From Eledone cirrhosa (taxonomy: Eukaryota), in contig OZ024742.1 of NCBI GenBank assembly GCA_964016885.1, forward strand, positions 247,132,001 through 247,196,000: DNA of 64,000 nucleotides, written 5' to 3'. The position numbers and the translations under genes were made by a program. The notes beneath the pieces are model-generated. The model worked only from the letters and a program-made list of their open reading frames with translations. It had not been told where the DNA came from and searched no databases. Below, piece by piece: positions 12,301 through 24,460 of this stretch (positions within the stretch are counted from its first letter, which is position 1; each line of letters begins with the position of its first letter).

Positions 12301-13526
12301 AATTCCTTTGGAAGAGGCGGGCTCCTATGGTGAGGAGATCCATCTGCTGTCAACACCCTTCGAAAGGAGGGCTGGGGATGCCGTGGCTAATGATGCGTAA
12401 ACATGCATTAAGGCTACGGCACCTCTACGTATTCCTCACCGGACAACCGGTGTGGGCCTCGTTTGTGAGACGAACCTTTCCCAGACTCGTCTCACTCACC
12501 GAGCTGCAATCCTGGGTCAAGCAAAGACCGAGAAAACTGGGCGCCTGGCACACTGAGTGTGCCCAGGCGCTCACCGCCCTCTGGCAGGCGGATCCGGTTA
12601 TCAGTGGAGACTCCACCGCAACATTCTATAGAGGGCTGGTACGCAGCAGGTGCGACGACGCCCTCGGAGAAGCCCTAGACATGGAGGAGGACGAACTGGC
12701 CGGCCTGTTCGGTAGGACATTCAGCCCAGGACCTATGGACAACTTCCAGAAGTCCCTGGCCTGGCAGTGCTACCGAGGGGCTTTACCCGTTCGAGAAAGG
12801 CTCTACAGACACGGGCGCCCGGGTAGGGACCCCGCCAAAAAGATCTGTCCCAGATGCGTGTGCGACGAGGAAACCGTTGCACACGCATTGGTACACTGCT
12901 CGGGCGTAGCCGATCTGTGGGGCTATGTCGAACAACTGCTGTCAAGGGTGGGACCGATCCGGTTGACCACCGAGTCTATTGTAATGATCAAGCCGCCTCC
13001 CCCCTTCAAAGATGAAGCAGAGGCGGTGTTTCTGTGCGTAATAGCCATGGCGAAAGAGGTTGTATGGTGGACGCGTCTGAAAGGACTGATGTCAGGCACC
13101 TTTCTCTCTGGCCAACAACTGGTCCGTTTCTTCCGATATCATTTCGGAAGAAGGATCAGGATGGAGAGAGAGGTGCTGCACCCCAGCCGTTTCTATGAAA
13201 GATGGGTGAAAGTGGCGAGAATGGCCCGTGTGAATGGGCCTTCACTCTACATCAGACTATAGGTGAGGAAGATGAAAGACCAAGGGAGCACCCCTTCTCT
13301 GTGCTCCTGAGGAGAAGGGTTGCACACTTTTTTCGGGGTGTGTGCGACCCCCCAAGGCGCCTCCTCTCTATTGAGGATTTTGTTAAAAATTTTATTTTTT
13401 GTTATATCTTATTTTATTTTTATATTTTGTTATTGCCTCCTCCTTATTGAGGACGCCTTTTTGTGTAAACTCCCCCCTTTGTACTTGTCCCACTTTTGAT
13501 GCCCTAGTGGCAAATAAAAGAAACAT
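9316..13526 (+). mobile_element. Tx1/L1-clade retrotransposon, copy 2; 5'-truncated within ORF1
   Basis: Starts after (CTAT)3 at 9303-9315; ORF1 C-terminus ends at 9800; full ORF2; 3' UTR ends AATAAAAGAAAC then (ATCT)n at 13527-13537. Confidence 0.92.
9825..13262 (+). pseudogene. Tx1 ORF2 (APE endonuclease, RT with YADD, CCHC zinc finger), about 1145 codons with one nonsense codon
   Basis: ORFs 9801-10280 and 10479-13262 share one frame; TAA at 10278-10280 is TAT in copies 5 and 6; motifs YADD (~11880) and CPRC..EETVAHALVHC (~12846). Confidence 0.9.
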
Positions 13527-13537
13527 ATCTATCTATC

Positions 13538-14373
13538 GGTGAAACTCTAGGCGTGGAGGAAGATGAACTGGCCAGTCTGTTCGGTAGGACCTTCCGCCCG
13601 GGACCGATGGACAACTTCCAAAAGTCCCTGGCCTGGCAGTGCTACCGAGGAGCTCTACCAGTTCGAGACAAGCTCTACAGACATGGGCGCCCGGGCAGGG
13701 ACCCTGCAAAAAAGATCTGTCCGAGGTGCGTGCGAGACGAAGAAACCGTCGCGCACGCATTCATACACTGCCCGGGCGTCACTGACCTGTGGGGCTATGT
13801 GGAACGACTATTGTCGCGGGTGGGACCAATCCAGTTGACCACCGAGTCCATTGTCATGATCAAACCGCCACCCTCCTTCAAAAACGAAGGAGAGGCGGTT
13901 TTCCTTTGTGTGATAGCTATGGCGAAAGAGGTTGTATGGTGGACAAGGTTGAAAGGGCTGAGGTCAGACACCTTTCTCTCCGGCCAACAACTGATTCTTT
14001 TTTTCAAATACCACTTTGGAAGAAGAATCAGGATGGAGAGAGAGGTGCTGTACCCCAGCAAGTTTTATGAAAGGTGGGTGAAAGTGGCGAGAATGGCCCG
14101 AGTGAATGGGCCTTCTCTCTATATCAGCCTGTAGGTTGAGGAAAAGGAGGAGGAGAGGAAGGGAGTACAAGCTCTTCGTACTCCTGGAGATGAGGGTTGC
14201 ACATTTTTTTCGGGGGTCTGTGTTACCCATATAAACTGTCTCCCTCTATTGGGGAAAATCGACTAACTTTTAAATTCCATCTGTGATAACATTTTACACG
14301 TTTTTATTGTATGTAAACTTCCCCCTTTGTATTTGTCCCCTTCTTTTGTGCCCCTGTGGCTAATAAAGAAATA

Positions 14374-14374
<1 letters not shown>
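13538..14374 (+). mobile_element. Tx1 copy 3, 5'-truncated (ORF2 C-terminal zinc finger + 3' UTR)
   Basis: ORF 13553-14134 is homologous to the end of copy 2 ORF2; flanked on both sides by (ATCT)n; ends AATAAAGAAAT. Confidence 0.92.

Positions 14375-14433
<59 letters not shown>
14375..14433. repeat. (ATCT)n microsatellite between Tx1 copies 3 and 4
   Basis: Direct reading. Confidence 0.95.
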
Positions 14434-14921
14434 GAAGGAGAGGCGGTTTTCCTTTGTGTGATAGCTATGGCGAAAGAGGTTGTATGGTGGACAAGGTTGA
14501 AAGGGCTGAGGTCAGACACCTTTTTCTCCGGCCAACAACTGATTCTTTTTTTCAAATACCACTTTGGAAGAAGAATCAGGATGGAGAGAGAGGTGCTGTA
14601 CCCCAGCAAGTTTTATGAAAGGTGGGTGAAAGTGGCGAGAATGGCCCGAGTGAATGGGCCTTCTCTCTATATCAGCCTGTAGATTGAGGAAAAGGAGGAG
14701 GAGAGGAAAGGAGTACAAGCTCTTCGTACTCCTGGAGATGAGGGTTGCACATTTTTTTCGGGGGTATGTGTTACCCATATAAACTGTCTCCCTCTATTGG
14801 GGAAAATCGACTAACTTTTAAATTCCATCTGTGATAACATTTTACACGTTTTTATTGTATGTAAACTTCCCCCTTTGTATTTGTCCCCTTCTTTTGTGCC
14901 CCTGTGGCTAATAAAGAAATA

Positions 14922-14922
<1 letters not shown>
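14434..14922 (+). mobile_element. Tx1 copy 4, very short 5'-truncated copy nearly identical to the 3' end of copy 3
   Basis: Matches 13886-14374 with only a few substitutions; flanked by (ATCT)n. Confidence 0.92.

Positions 14923-15005
<83 letters not shown>
14923..15005. repeat. (ATCT)n microsatellite between Tx1 copies 4 and 5
   Basis: Direct reading. Confidence 0.95.
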
Positions 15006-15006
<1 letters not shown>

Positions 15007-18000
15007 CCCCATCTGCCTGACGTGTGGAACATCGCCGGTAAGCTTTTTTGTAAATTTCTATACAAAAAGATGAACAAATTGTTTGAAAAAACATATCATT
15101 TTGTAGATTAACCCCCAAGCTGAATTGTCAGCTGGGTGGTAATCCCATTTTCGCCCCCTTTATGGGCGAACATTTAATTTAAAAATTGTTTTAAAAAATC
15201 AAATTTTGCCAACTATAAAACATAATTAGCTCGGAAAGAACACTAGAGAATGCAATCAGAGAAAAGAGAGATAGAGAGGCAGATATTAATGTTATATCGG
15301 CTTCTGCTATTATGGACGTCGCCATGGATACGACTGTCAACAGAGAGAAAAAAATAATACTTGAAGATTTTAAAATTTCTACCGTCGAAGCGGAGAAAAA
15401 TAACACAAAGGAAAACACAGGAATTAAACCTAATAACATACATACACATGAAAAAGACAACAACAACTCCATAGATACATCTACACATAAAGTTTCACCT
15501 TGTCAAGAAATTGAGATTTCCAGCACCAAGGTTAACAACGATAACAACAACAACAACAACAGCAACACTACAAAAAAAATGTCTTTCGCTGAAACAGTGA
15601 ACAAAAAACAAGATTTTATAAATCTTGACATCTCCAATGCAAGAGATATGTTCCAGCAAGGGAGAAAATTTGTAACTTTCGATGAAAAGGGTGGGTTTAG
15701 AATCAACTCACCCCTCGAAATAAAAGAAGAGACAGTTCGAAGGATAGTGACCATCAGGACTGTCTCACACACAACGAGAAAGCCAATATTTGTTAGTCAA
15801 TGAGACATAGAAGCCACCTTGAAGGAGATTTTAGCAAATATTGATTTTCTTCAACGAGGAAAACAGTACGGAAGTGTTTCCGTACTGTTTAAAAGCAATG
15901 CACTCGCCCCAAAACATTCTGTGACACGAATGGTGTCAAAAGCATTCCACTTTTTCCCTACGTACATTGGGAAAAAGGACACAAAAAAATACCACTAAAC
16001 ATTAACATCTGGTTGATCTTGGTTGGCTTCGTGGAGCCAGAGACTGATGCTATTCTTTCAATACGAAAGTCTATTAGAGAAAGGTGGGCGGGTACTGATT
16101 TGGAGATTCTGTTTCAAATGAGGCCGGAGAGTATCTCCAAAATACCCGAAAGAGTCGTCATCGACGACAAAAACAACATAAACATTTCGGTGGAGGGGTA
16201 TACACTTCATTGCTTTCGCTGTGGTAGCACAGCACATCTAAAGGCCTCCTGTCCTTCACATACACACCACAACGACATCATTAAAAAAAAACTATTAACA
16301 ACTACAACACCAAAACAACCACCACCACCACCACAAGTACACCGACAGACGAAACGAGCAAACACACCAAAACAGACAGCCACTCAACCAAAAACAACAG
16401 AAAAAGCACAGACAACACTCCTGAAGAACACAGCCCCACCCCATCCCGCTCCATCAAACACTACCACAAACACACACACCGAAACACCACCACCACACAA
16501 CATAACCCCTACCCCACACTCCTGACGATGATTATTCATTAACAGATGAGGCTGCTTCTTCTTCTTTAAGTGAAGAAGAAGGAGAGCCTCGGAAATCTAA
16601 AAAACAAAAAACGACACTCCACAAAACCCCCAAAACTCCGATCACCAACACCAACACACAACCACAGACACAAACAACAACACAAACAACACCACAGTCA
16701 AACATCTCCCTACCAGCAAAACCAACACCAACACCACCCAAACACAAGCACCCACCATAAAAAGTAAACTCCCGTACGAACAACAAACTAAAACAACACA
16801 ACAAAAACACAAACAACAATACGCATACATCAACACAAACAACAAGAGTTTGATGGAGGTCATCTCGCCAAACCCCAAGGTGGAGACGGAGGGCAAAATC
16901 TTCGTCAAAGCAGAATCGTCTCCACACCTAAAACTAATAGGGGTTTCGATAGAAACCTATCAGAAATTGAAAGAACAATTTTCGCAGGATGTTGACAACC
17001 GCTGTCAAAAATCTATTAACCGCGTCTCATTAAAATGTTTCCCCACCCCACCCAAAACCCCCACCAGAATTGAAATAGAGATTGAACAACCCGATCTCCA
17101 GTAAACGAAAAGGTAAGTGCGCCTTTTCGTCCTTTTCGCCAACTCTTCTCCACCAACATGGCTAGTTTACGAGTTGGAAGCGTAAATGTGCGTGGCCTAG
17201 GGATGCCCTGGAAACAGGGCCAACTTTTAAACGACCTTAGGTCACACGGTATGGATGTGATAGCCATCACCGAGTCCAGGATCCACAACAGGCAGCAACA
17301 AACCCCATCTTCGGCGACTTTGAGATCTACGCATCTCTCTGTCAGCCAGGTGGTGGAGGGGGAGTGGCTGTCATGTTTTGGAAGAACCTGGACGTCGAAG
17401 TACAGCAAGTACACTTGAACCCAGAGAGTAGACTGGTAGTCCTAGACGTGAACAGTATTGGAGGTGGAGCCTTCAGACTGGTGGCCGTTTGTGCTCCGAC
17501 CGGGCAATCGCAATCACGCTCAGACTTCTTTAAGCGTCTGGAGTGTTTTCTGCGAACGTCTCGCACCTTACTTTTAGTGGGGGAATGGAATGGTATCCTA
17601 GATGCACGATGGGACTATGTGGGAGCATGTCCCAGTAGAGGGGGGTGCAATAGCCTCAAAAATTTAATCGGTCAATTCCAACTGGCCGATAGGTATCGAC
17701 TGGATTTCCCGACTTCACCACAGTGGACGTGGGCAAACCGCAGCGAGACATCTAGATCGTATTTAGATAGGTTCTTCATTAGAGAAAGGGACAAGGAGAT
17801 GTTAAGCTGTCCACGAATGCACATGGTTGCCTATTCAGAACACAAATTAGTCGTCTGCATAGTCAGCCGTGACAGAACACATAGAGAGAGACTCGGATAC
17901 TGAAAGCTGAACATGTCGTTTCCGGCACGTAAGGCTTACAGTGAACGGATAAGTAGACTAGTCAAGCAACAGTTAACGGGGGCGATCGTCAACAATAGAT

Positions 18001-20845
18001 GGTGGTACTCTCTCAAGAAAACAATTAGAGTAGAATCGATAGGGTTTAGCAGAGAGTTAGCCTTAGAGAAAAACAAAATAGAAAGAGAACTAGTAGCCAA
18101 GGTAGAGGAGGCACTTAGACGTGGCAACACCGCTAGAGAGTTAGCGTCGAGAACGGCACTGGACCAGTTCTTCTATGCGAAACACGAAGGCTGCGTGGTC
18201 AGAAGCAAAACACGTGCTCTACGAAACGAAGGAGCGAAAGCTGTCAGCTGGGCCCAAGTGGCGGAGGCAAAAAGTAGCAACAAGTCCACGATTCGGTCTT
18301 TGAAAGACCAAAACGGACACGTGCTACTTGACCCCAAGCAAATGTGCGCGGCCTTTCAGCAGCACTTTGCGCGACTGTTTGATCAGAACGACGGTGAGCC
18401 GAACGGGGCAATGGACTTAGTTCATACCTCGACGGCCTGCCGCGTCTCTCGAACACGGACGCCGAGTTCTGCGCTATTCCGATCACGGACACTGAGATAC
18501 GAGACGCTCTGGGCCGTTGTGGGGAACGTAAATCACCCGGTCTAGATGGTCTACCCTATGAGTTTTACATAGGCATGCCTGACTTGTTCTCTGGCGTCCT
18601 CGGAGCCGCCTACTGCAATTGGCAGCAGAACGGGAGAATTCCCTGTTCTGCAGGCAAGGGCGTAGTAACGCTGATCAGGAAAGACGAGAACAAGGGGGAC
18701 GAAATTAACAACTTCAGGCCCATAACTCTGCTCAACACAGAATAAAAGATTTTGGCCAAGGTGCTAGCGACGAGGTTGGCGCTTGTCGTCGAGAACCTGG
18801 TAGGGAAAGCGCAAACGTGTGCAATCCCGACCAGGTCCATACACGACAACCTCCACCTCATGCGATACATCATAGAGAGGGTGGGTAGTAAACCCGGCTT
18901 CGGTGGGGCTTTGATCAATTTGGATCAGTCTAAGGCATTCGATAGGGTCGACCATCGATACTTGGAGGCGGTTCTCAAGGCGGCCGGTTTCGGTCCCGTT
19001 TTCAGAGGCTGAATCGAGGCGATGCACATCAGCATCTGCTCGAGGGTCAAGGTGAACGGCTACCTATCGGAGCCGTTCGCAATCACGCGGTCCATTCGAC
19101 AGGGGTGCCCTCTCTCCTCCATTCTGTATGTATTGACTCTAGAGCCACTACTGCGGAAATTGGAGCTGTTGAAGGGCATCCCTCTAGAACCGGGACTGCG
19201 CAAAGCGGCGTTGGCTTATGCCGACGACATGACGGTAATGGTTTCGAACACTTCGGAAATCGGGGTGATCGGCAACTTACTGAAAGAATACGAAACGCTG
19301 ACGGGAGCAAAACTAAACCCGGACAAGTCTGTCGGTTTGCAACTCGGAACGGGGAGAGGCAAACCGATGACGTCCGACAGCGTCGTTGGACGCTGGACGG
19401 ACGGACCGGTGACATTGCTGGGGGTCTGGTTCGGTCCAGACCTCCAGGTGGAGAAAAACTGGAACGAGGTCACTGCCAAGGTGTTTGCACTCACCCAGAA
19501 GTGCGGAGAGTGCAAACTGTCCTTGAAAGGTCGAGCGGATGTGGCGAACACTTTCATAGCGTCCGTCATCTACCACCGCTTGACTGTCGTGCCTTGTCCC
19601 CGTGAAAACCTCGCCAAGATGGAACGCATGCTCTTCCAGTTCCTGTGGAAGAAGCAGGCTTCGCTGGTGAGCAAATCTGTCTGCTGTCAGCTCCCTTCCA
19701 ACGGAGGGATGGGAATGCCGTGGCTGATGAAGCGCAAACATGGGCTGAGGCTGCGGCATCTCCAGGTATTCCTCACCGACCTCCAACCGGTGTGGGCACC
19801 GTTTCTGAGACAGGCTTTCCCACAGCTCGTCTCGCTGACGGAGCTGCAGTCCTGGGTGAAGAAAAGACCGAAAACGATGGTCGCCTGGCACATTGAATGC
19901 ACTCAGGCGCTCACAGTCCTCTGGCAAGCGGGTGCAGCAACCAGTGGAGACTCCACTTCGACATTCTATAGAGGGATTGTACGTTACAAGGGCGACGACG
20001 TGCTCGGAGAGACTCTGGGCGTCAAAGACGATGAGCTCACCAGTCTGTTTGGTAGGACTTTCCGCCCGGGACCTATAGACAACTTCCAGAGGTCCCTGGC
20101 CTGGCAATGCTACCGACAAGCTCTACCGGTTCGTGACAAGATCTACAGTCACGGACGCCCCGGCAGGGATCCTTCCAAGAGGACGTGTCCAAGATGCGCG
20201 CAGGACATTGAAACAGTCCTGCATGCAATTGTACACTGCCCGGGCGTAACCGACCTGTGGAGAACCGACCTATGCAGAACAACTGCTGTCGCGTATGAGA
20301 CAAATCCAGTTGACTGCCGAGTCCATAGTAAGGATTAAACCGCCAGCCTCTTTCAAAAATGAAAGAGAGGCGGTTTTCCTCTGTACGGTGGCTATGGTGA
20401 AAGAAGTTATATGGCGGACGAGGTTGAGAGGACTGAGGACAGATGCCTTTCTCTCCGGACAACAATTGATTCCCTTCTTTAAGTATCACTTTAGAAGGAG
20501 AATCAGGGTGGAGAGAGAGGCACTGCACCCCAGTAAATTTACTGAAAGGTGGGTGAATGAAGCGAAAATAGCCCGAGTGATTGGGGCTTCTCTGTTTATA
20601 AGCCTGTAGGTTGAGGACGAGAGCAAAAGCAAGAAAGGAGCACTTCAACAACACGCTCCTGGAGTTGAGGTTTATTCTATCGACGGGGTATTAAACAACC
20701 CATTTGTGGCGCCTCCCCCCTATTGGGGATTTCGATTGTTGTAATTGTTTGTTTTTATATTTTTTACACGACTATATGTAACATCCCTGGCATGTCTTTG
20801 TATTGTCCCCTTTTCTTGTGTGCATTGTGGATAATAAAGTAATGT
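15006..20845 (+). mobile_element. Tx1 copy 5, apparently full length but degraded; distinct subfamily
   Basis: 5' UTR; ORF1 fragments 15312-17116 with knuckle CFRCGSTAHLKASC; ORF2 17158-20609 (MASLRVGSVNVRGL, YADD, CPRC..HAIVHC) broken by frameshifts and stops; AATAAA at 20833 then (ATCT)n at 20846-20875. Confidence 0.92.
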
Positions 20846-20879
20846 ATCTATCTATCTATCTATCTATCTATATCTTATT

Positions 20880-22690
20880 TTTTAAGTGCGTACAAAACTG
20901 AGTTTTGGATGGAATTTACTTATGAGAAATCCTTCACTCCACTGGTAGAATGGGAAGACATCTATATTTGGTAGAATTCGTCCTCTACATCCCTCTACAG
21001 GTTGGCTTGGAAGGATCTTTCCTGTGTGTGGGTCCCTGATTTGTTGATGGTGAACTCTCATTCGTCTTCGGAGTGAAGTACCTGTGTGTCTAATATAATA
21101 TCCTTGGCAGCCTTTACACGTATATTAGATTTTCCGAGTTGCATGAAAAGTGGTTTTTAATTTTCAAGATGGGTCCCAATTTGAAATTAATTTCATTGTT
21201 CTCAACCATATTTGCATACTTCACAGTGAGGTTGATTGCAACTTTTTATTTCAAGTTCATTAGTTATTTTTGCAGTTTTTCATTCGTTAGTATCAGTTTT
21301 AGTGATTTTCGTTGTGGTTTACTTTTTATAATTGCCGGTTTTTGTAAGATGTTTTTCATTTCTTGTCCTTTAGTAAGATAGCTAAGTTTAGTTGTTTGTG
21401 TTTGTATAACTCTGAGTTCTTTGGATTAGAATTTGGAATTTATGTTACGACCGTTTTTTCTTGTTTTGCTTTTGTTTCTCGGAGTATTTGGATATTGATT
21501 TGACTTGCTTGTTGGTTACTATTGTTGATTAAATTCTGAGGATATTTTCTCTTGATAAATAATTGTTTCATCTCTTCTAGTCAGCGTTCTCTTGTTGTTG
21601 GGTTCATACAATTGTACAAATTTGCTTGGCTAAGTTAAAATTTTGGAAAGGTGTGTGATGGATGAGATGTAAAAAGGAGGTATTGTCGGCAGACAGTAAG
21701 TTTGAAATATATGTTATTTTCTAATGTTTTGTTACTTTTTTATCAGGATATCTATAAATGAAATTTTTGTATTGCTAAAATCCATAGTGAATAGGATATT
21801 CTTGTTTATATCATTGATGAGAGTTTGAAATTACTTTATTTGGTCGTCCTAATATCTCTTCCAATTTTCTTTTATGTAGTCACCGAAATTATTCCCATAA
21901 ATTTACTGTTTTTTTGGGGGGGTAAATAAGTAATTCATGATATCCCATTATTAGGTTAGCATTTGACCCCATGGCTGTTCCTGATTTTTGTCAGTAAGCT
22001 ATTTCATCGAACATGAAATAATTGTTTATTTTTAAAATGAATTTAAGTCCGTCCACGATGAAATTCTTATCGAAGCAGTCAGGTAATTCATTACGGAATG
22101 AGACTAGCCAGTATTTGATGGCTTCGATTCCTTAAGAGTGTGGAATGTTACTGTATAGGCTCACAACATCCAGTGAGACCATGTACATGTTTTGGCTTAC
22201 ATTATCTGGTAGATGGGTGAGAAAATCTTAATCATACCGTATGAAACTTCGAATGTGTTTGAGGAGAGGTTTCAATCAAATGTCCAAGAAATTGCTTAGT
22301 TCATATGTTTCACAAATTAGCTCTATTATAATAGGTCTTAGTTGTAAATCAGTATATTAACGCATTTGGCTTTCGCCATTTTCCATGTCTCGCTAATTAA
22401 TTTCTGTTTATGTACTTTCGGCAAACCATAGAGATTATGCGATTCACATCTAAAATTAGTGAGATAATCTAATTCTTTAGAAGTTAGGCAGTTTTGGTAT
22501 TGGTGTAGTAAATCAATGAGTTGTTTCATCACTTTAAAGAGTTTGTTGTTTTTGGTTTCTTCATAGTAAGTTTTGTACTGTAGTATACTTTGTACCATGT
22601 TACTGTAATGCTCTGTGTCCATAATGAAAACAATGTCTCTTTTCTCGGCTTCATTTATGATAATGTCTTTGTCCTGCTTTAGATAAATTG
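20880..22690 (-). mobile_element. Degraded Penelope-like element (RT + GIY-YIG), not Naiad type
   Basis: Minus-strand remnants NLYGLPKVHK (~22410), VSLDVVSLYSNIP (~22140-22180), SGTAMGSN (~21965) and GIY-YIG-like NLIY..KGCQGYYIRHTGTSLRRRMRVHHQQI (~21040-21135). Confidence 0.8.
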
Positions 22691-23265
22691 GATAAATGTC
22701 ATGAACTCACAGAAGATCACACGACAAAACTCCAAGGCAGCCAAATCAACAATAACATAGACAAATTATTCAACACATAGACACATCCTTCAAACAAGAC
22801 AATTGAAAGATAATCGATCACTCAAAGAATCACACGAAAATGTCGCCAAAAACCAAATAGGTGACACATGGAATAAAAACCTCAATTTCAGAAAATCCAC
22901 ATTCTGGAACAAAGAATTACAACAAAGCGAATATCTACGAACGCTAGATAAATGTTATCTAATGTGTGTTTTTCAGGGTGGATAGTTTTGTGTTAATTTC
23001 TATTAGCTATTTGGGGATTTCTTCATTTATATTCTACTCTGATTTTTCTATTTCAGTGAGAGGGAAAACATTAAGACGTTTAGAGTTCCTTTACAAATCA
23101 CACGTTTAAGGGAAAATAGGGTTTTAAAAATGCAATGACTGACCTTGTGGTTCTTTAGAATGTTTCTGTATGCAAGTACCAAGTAATTTGATGATTACTT
23201 ATATATTTTTGTTTACTATTTACCGGTTATAGCTATGTTTACAGCCCTTTCAAAAGGACAGTGAG

Positions 23266-23370
23266 TTTTGTTACTCTGGAGTTTATTCATCTTCTTTTCA
23301 CAGGGTCATCAGACAAGCTTTTGGGTGATGACACTGTGTGAGATTCTCGTGAAACTCCAGAATACCAAAG
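23266..23370. ncRNA. Two diverged, degenerate hammerhead motifs back to back around AAGCTT
   Basis: Minus: TTGT-CTGATGA...TAAA-CTCCAGAG-TA-ACAA (G12 mutated). Plus: TTTGG-GTGATGA...GAAA-CTCCAGAA-TA-CCAAA (C3 mutated). Confidence 0.55.
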
Positions 23371-23457
23371 ATTCTATATTTAGCGTTAATAAAATAAATG
23401 TTTAAAAGCTACTTCAATATTAAGCATACACTCCTCTCTCTGTCGGATATTTATGTG

Positions 23458-23513
<56 letters not shown>

Positions 23514-23514
<1 letters not shown>

Positions 23515-24411
23515 GAGGTGTGTCAGAAAAATTCCAGGACTGATGTCACAAAAGATTTATTTCAAACCCAAACTTCACACTAAGAGTTTTCTCCTTCAAA
23601 GTAATCCCCCTGGAGTAAGAAACTGTAATCTTAGCTCTCTGCAGCGATCAAACTTTTTTCTTCATAATTTTATATACATGTCCTCTGTTTCAGGTCGTCA
23701 AGCAATGAGCACAGAGCAATGAACAAACTTGAAAACTCCGTCAGAAGCACTGTGATTGCTGCAGCAAGTGTATGGAGATGAGACGATGTCACTCTCACGT
23801 GTTCTTGAGTGGTGCAAGAGGTTTAAAGAAGGACGCGAGAACGTGGAAGATGACCCCACGAGCGGAAGGCCCTCAACAACCAGGACTGAGGTCAACGTTG
23901 AGCGCGTCAGGCAGATGGTGCGTAGCGATCATCGGCTGACTGTTTGACTGATGGCAAATGAGCTGGGCATGAATCGGGACAGCGTCTGGAAGATTCTCAC
24001 TGAAGATTTGGACATGCGGAAAGTCTGCGCGAAGATGGTGCCAAAACTGCGGAACGATGACCAGAAGGGTCGACGCATGCAAGTGTGCCAGGACATCCTC
24101 GAGCGTCTGGAAACCGAACCAGACTTGCTAGGGACAGTCATCACCGGTGATAAGTCATGGATCTTTGAGTACGACCCGGAGGTGACCCGTTTTGAAGACG
24201 TAGACGACATCAGAAAGGCCGTGACGACGGAACTGCGGAGGATCCCGGAAGAATCCTTCCAAGAGTGCATGCAAACGTAGCAGAAAAGGATGGAAAAGTG
24301 CATTAGACTCCAGGGGGGGATTACTTTGAAGGAGAAAACTCTTGGTGTGAAGTTTGGGTTTGAAATAAATCTTTTGTGACATCAGTCCTGGAACTTTTCT
24401 GACCCACCTCG
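23514..24411 (+). mobile_element. Internally deleted mariner (Tc1/mariner) DNA transposon inserted in (TA)n
   Basis: Inverted termini of ~103 bp (23514-23616 / 24307-24411) flanked by TA. Transposase remnants VYGDETMSLSRVLEWCKRFKEGRENVEDDPTSGRP, KVCAKMVPKL, VITGDKSWIFEYDPE fused directly to RFEDVDDI; most of the catalytic domain is missing. Confidence 0.92.

Positions 24412-24460
<49 letters not shown>

Noticed and set aside
13307-13313. CTGAGGA in the Tx1 copy 2 3' UTR as a hammerhead core
   Set aside because: No matching GAAA or stems, and sister copies read CTGGAGA or CTGGAGT.
19313-20119. 268-aa antisense ORF and similar minus-strand ORFs over Tx1 ORF2
   Set aside because: Shadow frames of GC-rich coding sequence, not kept open in the other copies.
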